DNA of 64,000 bases from Cirrosporium novae-zelandiae (lineage: Eukaryota). The notes under the pieces were generated by a model that searched no databases, was not told where the DNA came from, and worked only from the letters and a program-made list of their open reading frames with translations. The stretch is taken from the NCBI GenBank assembly GCA_026023565.1, contig JAPETS010000063.1:1-64000 (forward strand). The letters are read 5' to 3'. Numbering within the stretch: position 1 is the first letter of the stretch; each line of letters opens with the position of its first letter. The translations under genes were made by a program, and so were the position numbers. Of this stretch, positions 1 to 12,298 are shown one piece after another.

Positions 1-129
<129 letters not shown>

Positions 130-1058
130 AGATAACAAGGACAATAGTAATAGGTTGATATAATATAATGGATAATCTAATATTTTGGTTCTTTTTTTTT
201 ATACTGGGAAAGGGGGGCTAGGGATAAGGGGATTATTGAATTTTGGATGTGGGTTATGGGTAATGGGTTATGGGTTCCGAATCATTAGGACCCGAGCCAA
301 AGGCTAGCATTCTTCCAGCACTCCCACCTACCCAACCCAACTAACCCCAAAAAGATATAAACATGGGAATATCCATCCGTTTTCGCTATTTAAGCGGATA
401 ACCCGATGCAATGTTAGGATATACTTTGAGTCTAGCCTAACTACACCCATTCATCCATCCGTCTAACCATCCAACCTCTGCTATTCCGCCATCACCAGCA
501 ATCACAACGTCAAAGCGAAAGGAAAGGAAGGGAAAGGGAAGGGAAGGATTAGGCATGGGGCTCTTGTTTGAATGGTGGTATGTAAGTAGAGGGGAGGCTT
601 GGGGCTTGGGGTTGTATTTTGTTGTGTTGTGTTGAGCTGCTATGTAGGATTGTGCCATTATGCCATCATGATGATTCGTTCCGTTGTCAATACATCGCCC
701 CTGAGCTATGAAGGACACATTATTATACCATCATAACCTCGAGGTGAGCAATTCCTTCCTTCCTGGTCTTCAAGAGACCTCCAATCGATTGATCGATCCA
801 GCTTCAGACATGTTGATCCATTGTTGTTGTTTTGTTTTTTCAACTTTATTGGTGGGAAGTATCCTTGTTGGGTAAGTAAGGAACTGAGAAGGTCTAAATA
901 GTAAACTATGCGGTTAGGAGATGCGTTGTGGTGCTAGAAGGAGGGAGCTAGAGCGGTCTTATATAGAGAGAGAGCGAGAGAGAGTCCTTGATTCCCATCT
1001 TAATCTCAACTCTGAGTAAGTAGACCTAGGGTTAGGTTAATGAAATAATTCTAGACGC

Positions 1059-1336
1059 CCGAGGGTGGTTCGCATGTTTAAAGGTGCAGTCGCTTAATAA
1101 AAATGAAAGTGACTAGACCCAGAAAAGTGACCTTGAGGAGGCCTTCAAATAAAATCAGTTTTCAAATATCCGCAGCTGGTTTTTATTTGCTTTTTAGACT
1201 TTTGGGGAGGCCTTCAAATCGAAATTTTATTAAAAATTGATTTTGTTTGAAGACCTCCTCAAGGTCACTTTTCTGGGTCTGGTCGCTTTCATTTTTATTA
1301 AGCGACTGCACCTTTAAACATGCGAACCACCCTCGG
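1059..1336. mobile_element. MITE / non-autonomous DNA transposon, about 278 bp with about 100-bp terminal inverted repeats
   Basis: Starts CCGAGGGTGGTTCGCATGTTTAAAGGTGCAGTCGCT and ends AGCGACTGCACCTTTAAACATGCGAACCACCCTCGG; the arms differ only by a few transitions; non-coding; second copy at 8119-8317. No clear TSD. Confidence 0.9.
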
Positions 1337-2674
1337 CCCTTGGTTTCCAACATGAATAGTAATCAGTAATCATTCGGATGCGATATCTTGAGGCTCAAAA
1401 TCGGATCTCTGTATCACGTCATAGATTCAACACTTGGATACTCCGATGTGTGTTTATGTATGCTATTGATCCTTTATCTCGGATCGGTATTTCCATCAAT
1501 TCCTAGAACTCCGGAAGAAAGGTCATGATATGAAGTTCGGATCGGATAGATACAGTGAGCCTGCGTGATTACTGATCGTCCGTTGCGGAATATCTAACCT
1601 CGGCATCACATACGAGAATGCATTCCCTCTCCGTCTTTGCTACGGCCGTATTTCCTTTGCGTTTTTGAATTGTTCGAAGCTTCGTTGATTAATCATTGGG
1701 AAGTTTGGGTCTGGATGAGAGAGATGGAACTATGGTGGGTGGAAAGGTAGTAGAGGGGATATGGGCTGTGTGGTAGGGATAGCGTAGATGATTACGATGA
1801 CGATGATGTCAATGAGTTGGATATTGATAATAGAATCTTATTTTAGATGTAGGAGATGATAGCTTAGAAATGTCCTTGTAGATGAGTGTCTCTTTAGATG
1901 CAGAGATCGAACGCTGACTTGCATAGCTGGTAGCATCCTCTCCTTCAACGGAGTATGTCGCGGGATAGTACGTAGTCGCTCTGAAGAGACCTGGCTTACC
2001 TTGATACTGACCTAGTAACAGACTTTTGCCATCATTTCTTTCTAAAGAATGCAAAGTAGATGCAAGAGTAACGATTGCGATTCACAAGTATGAGTTGGTT
2101 ATTTTTAGCTTCGGCGACGGTTCTATAAGCCCTTAATAGCTTTGAAAATTGCCTAGTCTTTAAAGTGAAAGAAACTGTGATTCATCTCTATCAAATTTTA
2201 GTTGATATTGAAGGGTGAATACAGTTAGGAAGTACGTGGAGGAGAACGGAAGAGTACATGATATAATTCTCTTGGAGCCAATTGAATATCCAATTGCACA
2301 GACCTGGAAGGATTCTTTGATAGTGATGTTCGTCTACACAGCGACTGAGGTCTACATCATAGGCTTGCCTTAAAAATTGTTGGTTGCTATCTAGGAGAGA
2401 AAAAGAGGAATTGTGAAATAATTGTGGGTTAGGTATGAGATGCCATTGCAATTAAGTTAGACTAGATTGCCCTTCAGTCTTGGCGGGCCGCCACCGGCAG
2501 GTAGATAAGTTCCCCTGAAAGCTTCTTCCCCGTTACACTTGACAATCTATTTCCAACCTTTGGAATCCCCTAAAAGATACGTGGCACAATAAATCTTCTT
2601 GAATCCTACCCTACTTCCCACCCCGCCCTATTTCGTACCACAAGTCCAGCTAGGTGTCTGAAATGATTTAGGCC

Positions 2675-3100
2675 CTAGACTTCACGCTTCAAGGGCCTGT
2701 CCAATTCAACCCACTTGTCCATTTCTGGACCCATTTCCGGAGGATAGATTCCATTGGTTTTCCACAAGTCTCGAGGAGACTCGCTCACGTAGTACTCCCA
2801 GTCCATCCCCTTGGATTCAAACACCGGATTGAGAATCGAGTCGACATGATCCAAAAATCGTTTCTTTTGTTCATCGCTTTGGAACGACCGAGCAACGTGG
2901 TGGATGGTGATTGCTGTAAAGGTTGAACGCCCTTCCCCTCCGATGAATAGAGATGTTGGAGGGAACTCGGTAAATGTAACTTGGACGAAGAAACGAGGGA
3001 GTCCGAAGGTGGTGTATAATTTCGTGATTGTCTTGGCTAAATTCTCCTTCTCCTCCAAGGAGAATGCATTGGGGCCGTGGTTGAAGGCCCAGAGAGGCAT
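2675..3100 (-). CDS. Tautomerase-superfamily protein (cis-CaaD-like), 141 aa
   Basis: N-terminal Met-Pro (catalytic Pro1 after Met removal); LPxFFVQVxF, IHHVAR and DWEY..E.PRDLWKTNG motifs of fungal cis-CaaD-like tautomerases; single exon. Confidence 0.88.
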   Translation of the reverse strand: MPLWAFNHGPNAFSLEEKENLAKTITKLYTTFGLPRFFVQVTFTEFPPTSLFIGGEGRSTFTAITIHHVARSFQSDEQKKRFLDHVDSILNPVFESKGMDWEYYVSESPRDLWKTNGIYPPEMGPEMDKWVELDRPLKREV

Positions 3101-3602
3101 GGTGAATATGGTAGGCTAGACTTTGGTAATTGAATGAAAGGTGATAGAAAAGCTGGAGAGGTTGCTAATTAACATGCCGTAATCTTGGACAGTGCATCTA
3201 AGCTATATATCTTGACCTCTTTCATGATTTCGGGTAGATTACATATCAGAAACATGTTATGAACACTATTCAGCTCGTCATCTATAACGGTTTATACCAC
3301 CAATAACTACTTACAGTCGAAAAAAGGCTCGGTGCGGAGGTAGGACTAATCAAAAAGACATTCCAGAATGCGAATAATCACAAGAGATTACGGATATGCG
3401 AATAATCAGAAAACCATTAAATGCAATTTTTTTGAATATCACGTCAATTTCAATTGAGCACTTTCAATATGTATAAATGTGCCGCGCAATTGGATTCCTC
3501 CAGTACGTCCATCAGCAGATCAGATATCTTGTATATTCTACTACCCAAACAAAACCTTGACTTGTAAATTTTGATTCATCATTAACCACGAACAATTTCT
3601 CT

Positions 3603-4683
3603 ATGTCTTCCGGTCTGATATTCATTACGGGAGCCACAGGCTTCGTCGGTGGGACCACTGCTCATGAAGCCCTGAAAGCCGGTTACCACCTTCGAATTTC
3701 TGTCCGCAAAGAATGGCAGATCAAAAAGCTCAAAGGAATCTTCTCAGACTACCTCGATCATCTGGAATTTATCATTGTTCCAGACATCACCGAACATGCA
3801 GCCTTCGCAGGCAAGCTTGATGGAGTAGACTATGTCTTGCATCATGCATCACCGTTAGCGGGTGGGACCGATAAACAGCAACTTTTTCCTCCAGCGGTAA
3901 AGGGAACAACAAGAATCTTGGAGGAAGCAGCCAAGATCCCGAGTATTAAAAAGGTGGTCATCACGTCTTCAATTGCAGCCCTTGTACCCCTTGGCGGAAT
4001 TCCACCAGGGGGAATCATCAAAGGCAAGTAAATTTCAATCCATAAACCCATCTCATAGTCTTGCAGCGAGTTCTAACACCTACCTCTGATCAGAGGACAA
4101 TGGCTGGGATTTTTCCGTCGACCAAGATGCCGACTTCACCGGCGACAACGACGCAGTCACCGCCATGAAATTATACCAGGCGTCCAAACTTCTTGCCAAC
4201 CGAGCAAGCTGGGACTTTATGGAAAAGGAAAAGCCCCACTTCTCACTCGTGACCATACACCCTTCCTTCATCTACGGCCACAACATCCTGCAACTAACGG
4301 CCGAAGAGTTGAAAGGCAGTACCAACGGCATGCTCTTCGGCGCCATAATGACCGGTATCCCTACTGGCAGCCTCTCCTACGTCCATGTCCGAGACGTAGC
4401 CGAAGCGCACGTCAAAGCCCTCAATCCAAATATCAAAAACGGCTCCAAGTATCTATTATCTGGACCCAAAGTCTCTTGGAAAGACATCGTGGATATTCTT
4501 CAAAAGAAATATCCAAAGGTTAATTGGAAACTCAAAGCTGATACCCCAGGTGCCAGCTGGCCTACCGATACCACAAAAGCTGAGATGGAGCTCGGCATGA
4601 AATGGAGGAGTCTGGAGGAGATTGTTTCGGAGGTTATGGATCAGCAGTTGGGGTTTTTGAATAATAATGCTTCCAATATTTAG
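3603..4683 (+). CDS. NAD(P)-dependent epimerase/dehydratase-family aldehyde/keto reductase (GRE2-like extended SDR); exons 3603-4023, 4094-4683
   Basis: TGATGFVG Rossmann motif, HHASP, ITSS, catalytic YQASK, VHVRDVAEAH; the two ORF-track pieces join through a GC-AG intron at 4024-4093. Confidence 0.9.
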
Positions 4684-5427
4684 GTATCAGTCTTGGAGAA
4701 GAACATCGGTGATTGCATCCAATGCTCTTCCATTAGAATGAATGTGACGGTTGGTTATTAAGAAATATTGCCTTGTACGCAAATCGGACTTGTGCTTGTA
4801 GGTTGTAGTAGTGGAGAGCGGATAGTTGTAATGCACTGTGACGCTTTAGGGCTCCCACCGGTTGACCACTCAGGGGTGTACACCTCATTTCGGTACCATG
4901 TATCATCAACTTCCACTTCCACAATCCATCTTCAAGCTCAGTGGTTTCACTTCATTCGTTTCCGTGGAATGCGGAGAAGCTCTGGTACCGTAGCAAGTAG
5001 GAAAATATACCCTAGGGTAGAAGCTATAAGCTATCTACTTACTAACAGGCACCCTATACATATCACTCACTCTCTTGACGATAGGAGGTTATCGGTTTTA
5101 AAACCTACACGGACTCGGAAGCCGATTCCTCACTTGCCTCGGTACCGTAATGGGGTTGCTCACAAATCATGACGTGCAGGAAAGTAGGCCTGATTTACCG
5201 ATACCAGGGGCGGGAGAATTAATTATGCGCCTTAGTCCTGGTAGAGCATATATTCTAGAACCACTTCTATAGCTCCCCAGCTTAGATTCTGGATCTCAGT
5301 CTTTAATATCCACACCCGCATTTATGTTTTATTCTAGTTTTTTTCACTCTTGCTCATGTTGATTATTTTTTTGCTATTCATTGTTCAAGTCTCCTTAGCT
5401 CCTATCCGCTTCATGTAGAATTTGATC

Positions 5428-6290
5428 GTGTTAACTCTCCGTGCTGGTGTCTTCGTCGCCCCGAAGACCCTTTGGAGAAGGTGAAGCTGCATGGTCGTGA
5501 TAGTAGACTGTGGAGTGTAATCGCCTATTTTCTACACTTGCTCTCATATACGGCGATAAGGAGGTTGTTGTTGTTGTTGTTGTTGGCATACTGATGACAA
5601 CTGTATAAATAAAAGACTTGGGGGATTAGATGGAGAAGGCCATCCCTGGAAAGTGACTTACAACCATGTATATCGAACACGGCCACGGCGATCACTTTGT
5701 TGGCATTTCATCCTTGTAGATCGTTTCCTAGGTGCCGAATTAACCGATAACACGTGGAACCATCGAGCATATGGAACAACAAATCCAGTAGAAATTTTAC
5801 CGGAAATCCTAGGAATCTCAGTTTTAGGTCAGGTTGATAAACCCTTCTAATTAGTACAGTCACTTTTAGCTAGTAGTAAGTAGTGAGCTCTATCTAGATG
5901 GTCATGTACTGCGGGTAGTGGAGGTTAGATAGGTTGACATGCTGATTCGATCGTTCTATAGGTTCCGGATTTGAAGCTGGCGATATGCGACGAGGTTGTA
6001 TACAGAGACGTGCATTAAATGCTTGGGGAGACAAATCCAAAGGAAAAGTAAGCCGGCTAGATCGCGAGTATCAAGAGGTTGACGCCTTGAAGCTAGAACT
6101 CATTATGGCTAGGTATAAAAGGGCGAGTGAGCTGGATGGAGCATTGAGAAAGCCCGGAAATATATCGAAATTTTTGAAGAGCACTACTCTGGACGAGTAT
6201 ATATATTATGATGCGAGAATAGCTTCTAAGAATCTATAAGAGATTGGAGTATATATCGGAAGATAGCTGGAACAAAAAAAGCCAAATTGG
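5428..6290 (+). pseudogene. Metallo-beta-lactamase-fold hydrolase pseudogene
   Basis: Manual translation across stops and frameshifts: LRAGVFVAP..*SP..LIYGDKE..D*MEKAIPGK*LTTMYIEHGHGDHFVG..DRFLGA..LDGHVLRVVEV..VL*VPDLKLAICDEVVYRDVH*MLGE..ALKLELIMARYKR. HxHxDH motif at about 5678-5695; at least 8 stops plus frameshifts; ends approximate. Confidence 0.85.
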
Positions 6291-8118
6291 TTTTGGTTTT
6301 ACTTCCTCAAGTTTCTGCTTTCATTCTTGCTGCCATCTCTTGCTTCATTAATTCTTATTCGATTACCTAGATATGTGCCAATGTAAACAAAATGACAGTA
6401 TGGCATGTGAATCGCTTTACAAGAGCCAATAGCAGTGGGGCCACCATGCTGTAGTTCTATAGGATGTCAGGTTCGAACCTGGGTCTCTCCTATATCCACT
6501 AGGTGTAGCTCCTAGAATCTATTCCTTCACGCATGGGTGGCACTAGCTTGCGGCGACATGATTCCATCCGAGTCTTCATGTACAGCAGAACGGTAATATT
6601 AGTATTTCTTCCAGGCCGAGGAGCTGTTCACTAAAGTCTTCCGAGCTAGACGAGACGCTCAATCGGTATCGAATATGCCGCATCAAAGATGAGTTTGTAT
6701 CCCAATTATCTTTAGAGAAATAGTATTGTCTGCATCGATGCCAAGGGGTCCAGGAAGGTTGTCGAGATGAATTAAGGACGGCCGTGCCGAATTGCTATAG
6801 TGATTGAATACTAAACCTCTTGAGATGCACGCCGGAGGAATCTATCATTGCGATGGGATGTGGCGGGGTTGTATTGATCCGAAGTCCTATTCATGGGTAT
6901 TTGATCAGCCCGTTTCAGGGGTAACATAATGTAACAAAACAGGATGAGATGAGATGAGATGCGCTCCATCATAAGATCTCATGAAGCGCGCCATGTTTGC
7001 CCTCTAAGTTGTAATAACTGCGCAACGAAGATTCTAACACTCGAGGGCTTGACTTGGTAGGGATGACATATCCTACGACATTCATCCTATAGAGACTGGG
7101 GGTCTGTCGGTCTCGGCTCCTTGTTCTTGGGTATAATTCTCACAACACTCACAAACAAGAAAATTCTTGAAGAATCGGGGCAATCTCTTGCCGTCTACTT
7201 CGTGAAGCCGCAGTAGAGGACTATTAGTCAACAAAGGCATTCCCCACATCACGGGTGGTTTATTGTCCTGAGTATGTGACTCGGCAGTAGCAAAAGTGCC
7301 GAAGCCTCGGAGGTTTCTCTCATGAGAAATTATGGGAAAAGAGAACTGCACAACTGATATTTTTGTATATTCGAATGTATATTAATCACACAATTTTTGA
7401 GATACAGTTTAAATTGGCGGACACGTACCGAGGCTTTCTTTTCTTGTTCTCCCTTTGCTCTTAGAGATTGCAGCTTGGTATTACTTGGCTGCCCTTGATA
7501 AGATGTCTTATAGATGGTTAAGAGTACGAGGAGTCAAATCTTCTACATAGTCCAAAGCAACAAAGCTAATGCTAGCAACATGAAAGCTTTGAAAATTCCA
7601 AGTTCTTCAACTCTGAGCTACATTCAAATTAGCCCCTGTCTCCCTCGTTTAAGGAATTCACACCTATTGTAACGGTCTTTTGATTTTAACGGTCAACGAT
7701 GTCAAAGATCAGAAGTGAGATCAGCTCCGAAGAATGTTTCGCTTCGGATGTCAGGAATATCTGGATGAAAGGTAATCCGAGAGAGAAACTAGACGGAAAA
7801 TCCATTTGAAAAATAGGTAACAGGGTGTAAATGTGACCAATAAAGTACAGTATGTTAGAAAGTAGGAATATAAGGGTGGTAGAGTACTCGAATATAGACA
7901 TCGGAGTATTGCCTACTCCATTTTAGAATCTATGTCCTATGCAAATAAACTCATTCAAAAATTAACCAAGGTCTGAATATGATGCTGACTGCTTCTCCAT
8001 AATAAAAGCAGCTACGTCGGATAAGTTGTTCCATCCGCTTAGTCACTATAGTCAGTTCGGACGAGGATCTTATGCCTGAGTATCCAGGTACAGGATAGTT
8101 GTTGGAACGTATTTTATG

Positions 8119-8317
8119 GAGAGGCCTTCAAGCAAAATCAGTTTTTATATATTTACAATTGATTTTTGGCCTTTGGACTTTATAGGGAGGTCTTCAAATC
8201 GAAAATTAAAATTTAATTTTGTTTACAGGCCTTCCCAAGGTCACTTTTCTAGATGTAGTCGCCTTCATTTTTATAATTCAGCGACTGCACCTTTAAACAT
8301 GCGAACCACCCTCGGCC
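8119..8317. mobile_element. Second, left-truncated and diverged copy of the 1059-1336 MITE, same orientation
   Basis: GAGGCCTTCAAG-CAAAATCAGTTTT..GGAGGTCTTCAAATCGAAA..CAAGGTCACTTTTCT..AGCGACTGCACCTTTAAACATGCGAACCACCCTCGGCC matches the interior and right TIR of copy 1. Confidence 0.88.
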
Positions 8318-8856
8318 TGTGTGGTGTCAGGGGTTATACCCCAAATAGAACATAGCCGACCCCGCACCCGCAAGCCTACGAGGTACCGGAGGAGGGAACC
8401 TCGGCGCTGATACCGATTAGTATTATTTGCTTTCTTAATGGACAGAATACTGTACATAACCATCAGCTTAACCAGCTACCCCAGTTTTCCAAGTAGCTTC
8501 GAGAATCATCAGATTCTGTATCTCAAACTACCCCGTATGTCTATCAATCCTAGCATAGCCTTATCTTGCAAAATCATTCCATTCACATGCAAGCGAACGT
8601 TACCGTAAATCAAACAAATGTTTCTTTTAAGCCATCTCACATTCTAACTAAGTCAGCTTCACACCTCGGCCAGTCGGCTAGAGAAAAACCTTCACAGGGA
8701 AGCTCTTGGAGGTCGTGTCCATTATCTTCAATGGCTTTATAGTTGTCTTTTTACATTTTCTTCTACTTCACTACTCCCTCTCAGTATTTCTATTTCATTC
8801 ATTTCCATCCACTTGTAGACTTGCCGTTAGGCTTCACTCCACTTTTCTCTATTGCA

Positions 8857-10586
8857 ATGCCCCATCAAACCCTGACCCGCGCCGAAGTCGCGAAACACAA
8901 TACAGAAGACTCCCTCTGGTGCATAATTGACCACCGCGTTTACGATCTCACCGACTTCATCGATGCACATCCCGGTGGAAGCATCGTGCTCGCTCAAGTA
9001 GCTGGTCAGGATGCCACAACCGTATTCTATAACCTGCACCGACAGGAGGTTCTCGAAAAATACAAGAACAGCTTATGCCTAGGTGTTCTAGGCGGGGAGG
9101 CGCCGGAAGTTATCGAAAGCAATCCCGGCGACCTAAGCCCAGTTCCTTATGCCGAACCATTATGGCTACGTCCGCAGTTTCAGAATCCATACTATAAAGA
9201 TAGTCATAGGAAGTTGCAAAAGGCAGTAAGAATCTTTACGGGAAAATATGTTACACCGGAGGCGCAGGAGAAGGAGAAGGATGGAACATATATCAGTCAG
9301 GAATTGATAAACCGCATGGCCGAGGCCAACATATTGGCTATGCGCTTAGGTCCCGGTGAACACTTGCATAATCGGAAACTACTTGGTGGTGTTGTTGATG
9401 GGAAGGAGTTTGACTACTTTCATGATTTAGTGTTGGCACAGGAGATGGTGAGAAGCAATGCAAGAGGTGAGTTAGTTATTATTCGTGTATTAACTATAAT
9501 TTACGAAAATTATCCCACTTAATTTTATTTGCATTGGATAGGTTTTCAAGACGGAAATATGTCTGGCATGGTGATTAGCTTGACAGCTGTTCAGCATTGG
9601 CTAAACAATAAAGAGCTTAAGGAGAGGGTGACCGAAGAAGTATTATCGGGTAAGAAAACAATGTGTCTAGCAATTACAGAGGCATTTGCCGGGAGCGATG
9701 TCGCAGGTCTTCGCACGACAGCGGAAAAAACCCCCGACGGGAAGCATTATATTGTGAACGGAACAAAGTAAGTCTATAGTCCAGTTCTACTGGTATCATG
9801 GATGTAAACGCCTAACCACCACTAGGAAGTGGATCACAAACGGCATGTTTGCCGACTACTTCGTCACAGGCTGTCGGACGCCAAAGGGCTTCTCCGTGCT
9901 ACTAATCCCGAGAGGAGATGGAGTCGAAGCAACACCGATAAAGACTTCTTACTCCATGGCTGCTGCAACAGCATTCATTCAATTTGAGAATGTCAAGGTT
10001 CCAGTAGAGAACCTACTAGGAAAAGAGAATAAGGGTTTTGTAGTTATCATGAGCAACTTTAATCATGAGCGGCTGATAATGGTCTGCGCCGTCGTTCGCA
10101 TGTCAATGACGGTTGTAGAGGAGTGCATGAAATGGTGCAATCAGCGTATTGTTTTCGGCAAGAAGTTGATTGAACAGCCGGTTATTCGACAAAAGTGAGT
10201 AGTTCACCCGTATCTTAAGGGAAACAAGTAACTGACTACCCAATTACAGACTCGCCAGGATGATATCTCTATGTGAATCCAACCAAGCATGGCTCGAATC
10301 CATCGTTTACCAAATGTGCAACATGACATACGAACAGCAAGCGACTCACCTAGGTGGGCCCATCGGTCTACTCAAGTCACATACTACTCGCTCAGCTCAT
10401 AAAATCGCAAATGATGCGACCAACATCTTTGGGGGGCGTGGTCTCACGCAGTCGGGCATGGGAAGAACTATTGAGATGTTTCATCGCACTAACAAGTTTG
10501 ATGCGATTCTTGGTGGCACGGAGGAGATCCTGGCTGATCTAGGTATCAGACAGGCCATGAAGGGCTTTCCAAAGGCAATGTTGTAG
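8857..10586 (+). CDS. Acyl-CoA dehydrogenase with N-terminal cytochrome b5 domain; introns 9467-9541, 9768-9825, 10195-10249
   Basis: EVAKHN..W..VYDLT.F...HPGG (b5 heme motif); CLAITEAFAGSDVAG, NGTKKWITNG, NFNHER and ILGGTEEI ACAD motifs; GT-AG introns restore frame. Confidence 0.93.
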
Positions 10587-11241
10587 TGTTGGGATATTTT
10601 TATAGATGATCAATGTAAATTCACTAGAGCGTTGAAATTGTTAGCTTAGAAACCTGTGGGAAAGGTCTTGTATACCTAATTGCAACAATATCCAAGCCGG
10701 AATAGAATGCATTATTTGGGTAATTCCTGTAGTTGGTTGCTAGGAAACCCCTGAAGAACATGACGTCACTTGTTATTCGTTCTTACAAAACTTTATGTGG
10801 ACGGAGATTCATCACTCTTAAAGCTCTCATCAACTTCTAGAAGCCAACAGCAATATGATCACTTGCCAATTTCTCATCATGGTTTATCGTATCCTTCTTT
10901 TTAATGTAAGTAATACCTTATCAACTTAATTCCAAGCCCATACTTTAATCAGAAATCCCGCCATAGCATCTTCATAATACTCGATGAGATAACCGTTGCT
11001 GCAAAACATAATGTGGCATCAACCATATGAATATAATTGTAACGAGGTACAGGCCTATATCTAAGGTGTTTCCAGGTTGACAAACAACGGAATTCCCCAG
11101 CCGAGGTTGCGATATCCTCGAGTAAGATAGCACCTCGATGAAAGTCAACTCCAGATCAGATCAACTATTCGTATTTGAAACGTTACCGAAACGCTCTTAT
11201 AACCATCGATAGATATACTAGTAAACTATGATAACCTACAG

Positions 11242-11538
11242 TCATATTTTGTTGAGCTTTTCACTCCCTCCAGCCAGCGGCTTGCCGGCCCCGTTTCTAA
11301 ATTCAGCCAGCTCGGGAAGGCGTAGGGTTTTTCTCTCGAGACTATTCAAGTCTTCCCTATGGTATTCGTGACTGGATTAGCTGTACATTCTTTCCTCAAG
11401 AGTCTCTAGGTAATGATGGTAGATAGCAAATGGTAGAGCATCTCACCTGAGCCTATTCCAGCCAAGGATGAAACAGGTGGAAAGGATTATTATTAACAGG
11501 ACTCCCACGCAGATTGCCAGAATCAGGTTTTTGTCCAT
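11242..11538 (-). CDS. Predicted 68-aa single-pass membrane microprotein; exons 11538-11447 and 11356-11242 (not in ORF track)
   Basis: MDKNLILAICVGVLLIIILSTCFILGWNRLR|EDLNSLERKTLRLPELAEFRNGAGKPLAGGSEKLNKI*; 90-nt intron GTGAGA..GCTAAT..TAG containing an in-frame stop; ACC precedes the ATG. Confidence 0.6.
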
Positions 11539-11997
11539 GGTATCTTGTGGTTTCAAGATAGTAAGTTATTGGATGGTTAATTTATTAAAAAATTGGAACT
11601 GGAAATTGAATTAGATGTGATGTTGTCTATCGATGTGATGATTGTGAGCACACGACGGAGTCGTGTTGATTGAATAGATGAGGTTGGGTAGCATGAAGGA
11701 TAAAGAAGGGAGAATGAAGAAACCTATCTCCGCGTTGGCCAACGACGACGTCTACTTGTCAAGACAGTAAACATTAGGTACCTAGGTGCGAATTACCCTA
11801 GGGTAATGAGTGACCAAGCAACCAGACATCCAAGGGAAAAAAACAAGTGAAAGTCCTTTTGGCCCACCCAAGATTCGAACCACCCCCCTCCTTCCCACCT
11901 GTCCTATAAATATTACATTAAGTTCTATAATTTTCAACCGAACAGGAGGGTTGGTCGAGAGATCTTCCACCCCCACACAAATCGCATCTGTGTGGCA

Positions 11998-12070
11998 CCT
12001 TTAACCCGGGCTTGAACCGTGGACCAGTTGACCTGTGAAACCAATCCCCCATGATTGCCTTGAATAAAGG
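11998..12070 (-). pseudogene. tRNA-Val(CAC)-like degenerate element (pseudo-tRNA or SINE head)
   Basis: 73 nt: acceptor CCTTTAT/TTAAAGG, anticodon arm TTGGT-TTCACAG-GTCAA with CAC at positions 34-36, T arm CACGG-TTCAAGC-CCGGG; D arm and A-box degenerate. Confidence 0.35.
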
Positions 12071-12298
12071 ACCTCTAGTAGATAGAGTAGCAAAGTAGTG
12101 GGCCGATGAGTTTCGGATACCTCAGATCTATTCGATGCGAGCTGGGTATTCTTTTTGGTGGTTTTTTTGTTTCATCTTTTTTTATTCTATAGTACTATTT
12201 ACTCTCGAGCCCATTGGATGGACTTCCCCTCACCTCATGAGCCCCATACAGTCCATCTCACTTCCACAAGCAAACCTGACAACAACGAAAATGAAATC

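Noticed and set aside
437..718. 93-aa ORF on the minus strand
   Set aside because: Low-complexity composition, no motif and no coherent exon structure.
1809..2451. Coding-like minus-strand fragments next to the tautomerase (possible decayed regulator)
   Set aside because: Multiple stops and no recognisable motif; cannot assign a family.
6422..6490. tRNA-like stretch with TAGCAGTGG and CAGGTTCGAACCTG
   Set aside because: T-loop is one base short and there is no valid anticodon or D arm; too weak to call.
7082..7700. Possible spliced gene relic on the minus strand
   Set aside because: Donor-like site seen, but no continuous frame or known motif.
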